From positions 480,001 through 544,000 of the forward strand of contig CBDDEL010000014.1 of NCBI GenBank assembly GCA_965226885.1: a DNA stretch of 64,000 nt, in the 5' to 3' direction. This document shows, one piece after another, positions 60,282 to 64,000 of the stretch. Position 1 is the first letter of the stretch, and the number at the start of each line of letters is the position of its first letter. The translations under genes were made by a program, and so were the position numbers. The DNA comes from Opitutales bacterium. Lineage in GTDB: Bacteria > Verrucomicrobiota > Verrucomicrobiia > Opitutales > UBA2987. The notes under the pieces are model-generated. The model did no database searches. It saw only the letters and a program-made list of their open reading frames with translations, and had not been told where the DNA came from.

Positions 60282-62693
60282 GATTTTGTTTTGTTTGATA
60301 AGGCATACTTCCGCCACATGGACTCCGTGGCCATTACCCCCGAAACCCGCCGCGGCATGCCATTTAAGGGTTAGTTCTCCCGCGGCCGTGGCTTCTGGCG
60401 GAATATCGAATTGCAGGGGCTGAAACGGCACCGGTCGATCGATTAAGGGATGAACTTCATATTGATCTTGATCCCCGGCCATGAGGCGAATCTTTGGGAA
60501 AGGCTTTTCCAGGTCAGCTCCGTAAACAATGCGTACTCGATACCGGCCCTTTGCCTCGATTTTTTCATAATGCATAGTCACCGGCGTTTCATAAAAGCTC
60601 TGCGCCCGGGTTCGCCAGGAGGTGCGGTAACCGTCGGCAGGGATTCCATTGAGATGATTCAAATCGGTCACCACTTCACAACCATCGAGGGCTGATTTGA
60701 GAAAACTTGGATCAGTTTCAAAACCGGGACCCCTGACTAAATGCGGCTCACGGGCAACATCGCCAAGATCATCGTAAAAACCGCCCGGTCCCGGATCGGT
60801 CCAATTTACAATTTCGTCAATTGCTTGCAATCGTTCCTTCTCTTCTGGCAATTGCCGGATTCGGGTGAAATTTTCTATCATCCAGAGTTCGTTGTTGAGG
60901 GGGAAATCCAGCGCATCCAGATTGGCCCCGCGGTGGATTTCAACCGCTTGATAACGCTCCACGCTCACTTGCATTCCAATGCTTTGAAATAACGCTTCCG
61001 CCAGTTCGAAAATTCTTTTTCGCCAAGAGAGCGTTATCGGATCGTCAAGGGGTCGATCAAGAATGATTTCCGCATTCTGCATAACAGCTAACGATCCCTT
61101 TTCGTTGGCCTTGCGGAGTTCCGCCAGCGCCTCGTTTTCCAATGCCGTTTCGTATGCCAGACGGCTTTGCACATAGGCGTCATAGTAGGCCCGATAAAGC
61201 GCCTGCTGGAACCGCCAGTTGACTCGTAGAGCGTCCGAAGCCGTTTTTTCCAAATTCTGAAACAGTTTCAGGGTGGAGCCGATTCCCGCATTTTCGGTAA
61301 TGGGGCCTTTCCAGTTTTTCTCCAGGGCAAAAATACCGTTGGAAAATTCTTCCTCTATTTCCTCTTCGATAAAGTAGCGACTGTATTGCCGCAGGGTCTC
61401 AGCCAACGATTCTTCGGGATTCCAGCCGAGGGCGCTCCAGATGAATTTGTTGACATCGTCGTTACAGCCCTCGGAGTAGGTTAAAAAACCGAAAGAATGA
61501 GGCTGCACCTGTTGGAAAACTACGGCCTGGTCGCGGGGGGGGTTGATAGGCTCCCGGCCCTCGGTCAGGGCAAAGGCCCAATGCCATTGGGCGGGCGGGT
61601 ATTGGCAGCGGAGGCAATGGGTGATATCCGGGTAATGGCGGATGGGATAATTTTCCGGGATCAACTGACGAAATTCCTGAATGGAAATCCTGGACTGTGG
61701 AGCGTAAACTATTCCCTCCAGCCACTCGTGCTTCTCCTCGTTCATCATCCGAACCCAAAAATCGAACCACTCGTCCGTAAATCCCTGGGGCGACATCCAC
61801 ATTTGGGCTTTGGGATGAAACTGGCGCAAGTTTACGGTCTGCTTATCCAGCAAGGCCATGAGGTGTTTGGGATGGGTGTGCCCGGGATCGCCACCGGGAA
61901 CGAAAACGGCGTCGATTCTGGGAAGAGCTTGAAAAATTTCTCCCCATTCCCGTAACGCGAAATCCACCGTTTCAGGATCGCAATAATCTTTATCCATGGC
62001 CGGGTACCAGACCCACACATCGATCCCGTAATCATCCGCCAGTTTCGACATTCCGATCATCATTTCCAACTGGGGCAGGGGGAAATGCGGGCAATCGGGA
62101 ACATCATCCGAACGGGGCGGTATCAGCTCAATGGCGTTGCCTCCAAACACTGCCAGATCGCGAATGTAACGCTCCCATTGAGGAAGGTCCCAGGCGCAAT
62201 AAGAATTCGTTTTCGGCCGATAGCCCAATTGGTGCCCGCGCAAAGGATAAACGGGCGCTGTTGTTTCTTCAAAATCCTCCGGCAAATAAATTTTAACCGG
62301 CCCCATTCGCAATTCTCGCAAGAGGCGACCGATCCCGAAGAGGATTCCGCGCTCGTCATTGCCGATGACAAAAATCAGTAGTCTGCCGCCATTCCTCTGG
62401 ACGCGGATCTGGTACCCTTCGGCCTTGTCGAAATCGTCTGCCAGATATAGCTCTACGGAACATTCATTGAGTAGCTGGTCGATGTCGCCGGACGGGACTA
62501 TGTAGATTGTGGGTTTTTCCGTTTCGGGCCAACAGTCTGAAATGGGCCACAAAATATTCGATCGAGCCTGGACCTCCTCCCTGAGCATGCGGACGGCATT
62601 TTCCTCCCGCTTGCTCAATTTTTCCGGTACGGCAATAACGGCATCGTTTAATTCTATAATACCGTTACCATGAGAATTTTCAGAGTCATTCAT
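60252..62693 (-). CDS. Large hypothetical protein with an N-terminal zincin-like module of the GH20/GH67 type; stop codon supplied by IS1
   Basis: EGYQI..IGNDERGILFGIGRLL..P..PLRG; the last 9 residues are read from the IS1 end. Confidence 0.65.
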   Translation of the reverse strand: MNDSENSHGNGIIELNDAVIAVPEKLSKREENAVRMLREEVQARSNILWPISDCWPETEKPTIYIVPSGDIDQLLNECSVELYLADDFDKAEGYQIRVQRNGGRLLIFVIGNDERGILFGIGRLLRELRMGPVKIYLPEDFEETTAPVYPLRGHQLGYRPKTNSYCAWDLPQWERYIRDLAVFGGNAIELIPPRSDDVPDCPHFPLPQLEMMIGMSKLADDYGIDVWVWYPAMDKDYCDPETVDFALREWGEIFQALPRIDAVFVPGGDPGHTHPKHLMALLDKQTVNLRQFHPKAQMWMSPQGFTDEWFDFWVRMMNEEKHEWLEGIVYAPQSRISIQEFRQLIPENYPIRHYPDITHCLRCQYPPAQWHWAFALTEGREPINPPRDQAVVFQQVQPHSFGFLTYSEGCNDDVNKFIWSALGWNPEESLAETLRQYSRYFIEEEIEEEFSNGIFALEKNWKGPITENAGIGSTLKLFQNLEKTASDALRVNWRFQQALYRAYYDAYVQSRLAYETALENEALAELRKANEKGSLAVMQNAEIILDRPLDDPITLSWRKRIFELAEALFQSIGMQVSVERYQAVEIHRGANLDALDFPLNNELWMIENFTRIRQLPEEKERLQAIDEIVNWTDPGPGGFYDDLGDVAREPHLVRGPGFETDPSFLKSALDGCEVVTDLNHLNGIPADGYRTSWRTRAQSFYETPVTMHYEKIEAKGRYRVRIVYGADLEKPFPKIRLMAGDQDQYEVHPLIDRPVPFQPLQFDIPPEATAAGELTLKWHAAAGFGGNGHGVHVAEVCLIKQNKIGSVLSRNGG

Positions 62694-62696
62694 AAA

Positions 62697-63998
62697 TTAG
62701 TATTTGATAAACATTTGCTCGGGCATGGTGATTCTTTCCCATCCTCTGTAGAGATCTTCCGAATTCCCACTAGCCGGTACATTTCCCAGGCGTTTGCTCG
62801 ATCCCCATGGTCTTGATAATGAACCAATGGAAATCATGGGAATGTTTTCGGAGTACAAATCCCGGATGCGAATCATGTATTTCCCTTGTTTCTCCGGATC
62901 CCATGTAATTTGGGCCTGTATGATGGCGGTGGTTGCTTCGCGCAGCCAGGACGGAGCCTCTTCTCCAGCATTGCGGTGCCAAAAGGGAAGGTTTTGGCCT
63001 ATCGGGGCCAGCATATGCGTTTGGTTCAATGGATGAGCAGGCATTCCCGTAATGGTTACGTCAAAATTTCCATTTATGCGCCGGGGTATAATGATCTCTT
63101 GCATAGCGATATTGAGATTTACTTTGATGCCGATGGCTTCCCAGTACTCCTTCACCAGTTCACTGAAATCCGGTAGGACGGAAAAGTTTATTACATCGAG
63201 GATCACTTCAAAAACGGATCCATCTTCAAATTCCCGAAAACCGTTACCATCGGTATCTTTATATCCGGCCTGGTCCAATAATTTTCGTGATTTTTCCGGA
63301 TCGTATTGGGAGTAGAGTTGAGCGAGTTCTTCGGAATAGTAGGGGCTCGCCTGACTGAAGGAGATCCCTCCCGGCTTAACCAGGCCGCTATAGACCAGTT
63401 GGCTGATTTCCTCGCGGTTAATGGCATGTGAGAGAGCGATTCTAACCAACTTGTTGCGAAATGCCTCTCGTAAAAGCGGGTTGTGCACGTCCCAATTGGG
63501 GTAGAGGGCTATTCCCGGGGAATAGGTCGAAAGATGAATTTTGAAACTGCTCCCTATCTCTCTTTCCTTGAGAAAAGTATACATATTTTCATTGAAACTT
63601 CGTCCGAATAGATCGAGTTCATCGTTGGTAAATTTCAGCAAAATGAGTTCATTATTCGGAATGATGGAAAATTCCAGCCTGTCGGCGTAGGGAAGCTGGT
63701 TGCCCAGAGTGTCGATTTTCCAATAATAGGGATTCCTTTCAAACACGGCCCTCTGGCTGCGTTCCCAATGTACGGGCACCCAGGCCGAAAGACGCGGAAT
63801 ACCGGGTTGGAAAGCGAGCATTCCATCGGTTGTGTTGCTACGGAATAAATCGTAGTCGGCTTGAGGATTGTACCTTGGGTGGTATTGGGCTAAAATATGT
63901 TTGGGAAAGGCTATTTTGCTATGGCAGAGGGTTTCCAGAATCTTTCCCATAGGTTGTTCTGAAGAAATTTTGAGGGTGATTGCATCCACCATTTCCAT
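62697..63998 (-). CDS. ABC transporter substrate-binding protein, family 5 (5' end outside the window)
   Basis: ERNPYYWKIDTLGNQLPY.D, VRIALSHAINREEI, YDPEKSRKLLDQAG..D.DG.GFR. Confidence 0.88.
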   Translation of the reverse strand: MEMVDAITLKISSEQPMGKILETLCHSKIAFPKHILAQYHPRYNPQADYDLFRSNTTDGMLAFQPGIPRLSAWVPVHWERSQRAVFERNPYYWKIDTLGNQLPYADRLEFSIIPNNELILLKFTNDELDLFGRSFNENMYTFLKEREIGSSFKIHLSTYSPGIALYPNWDVHNPLLREAFRNKLVRIALSHAINREEISQLVYSGLVKPGGISFSQASPYYSEELAQLYSQYDPEKSRKLLDQAGYKDTDGNGFREFEDGSVFEVILDVINFSVLPDFSELVKEYWEAIGIKVNLNIAMQEIIIPRRINGNFDVTITGMPAHPLNQTHMLAPIGQNLPFWHRNAGEEAPSWLREATTAIIQAQITWDPEKQGKYMIRIRDLYSENIPMISIGSLSRPWGSSKRLGNVPASGNSEDLYRGWERITMPEQMFIKY

Positions 63999-64000
63999 TT

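Overview
Bacterial window, most likely Verrucomicrobiota (Opitutae-like). This is inferred from protein style and a recurring Trp-rich C-terminal domain, not from a marker gene. About 17 of the 64 kb is insertion-sequence DNA: three IS5/ISNCY-like copies plus remnants, two IS1380 nested inside them, two IS21, two IS1, one IS630 and an IS3-like end. Several genes are pseudogenised (hrpB, an ALS-like enzyme, an S8 protease, an MFS, transaldolase, transketolase). The left 36 kb, downstream of tRNA-Leu(GAG), is an organophosphorus island with four parts: phnM-pbfA-amidohydrolase-methyltransferase; a convergent operon (Zn alcohol dehydrogenase, OPA-family MFS, phosphonatase-like HAD, D-2-hydroxyacid dehydrogenase, PhoD, MFS); a decayed sugar-phosphate module; and a TonB receptor / lamin-tail / metallophosphoesterase / PHP / beta-propeller locus. 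The right part holds core-like genes (tsaE, ALDH, class V aminotransferase, hrpB, sigma54-driven hsp20, Smr, rmuC). A notable sequence-level signal is many short exact tandem duplications, some nested with a fixed left boundary. All functional calls come from motif recognition by eye; no searches were run.
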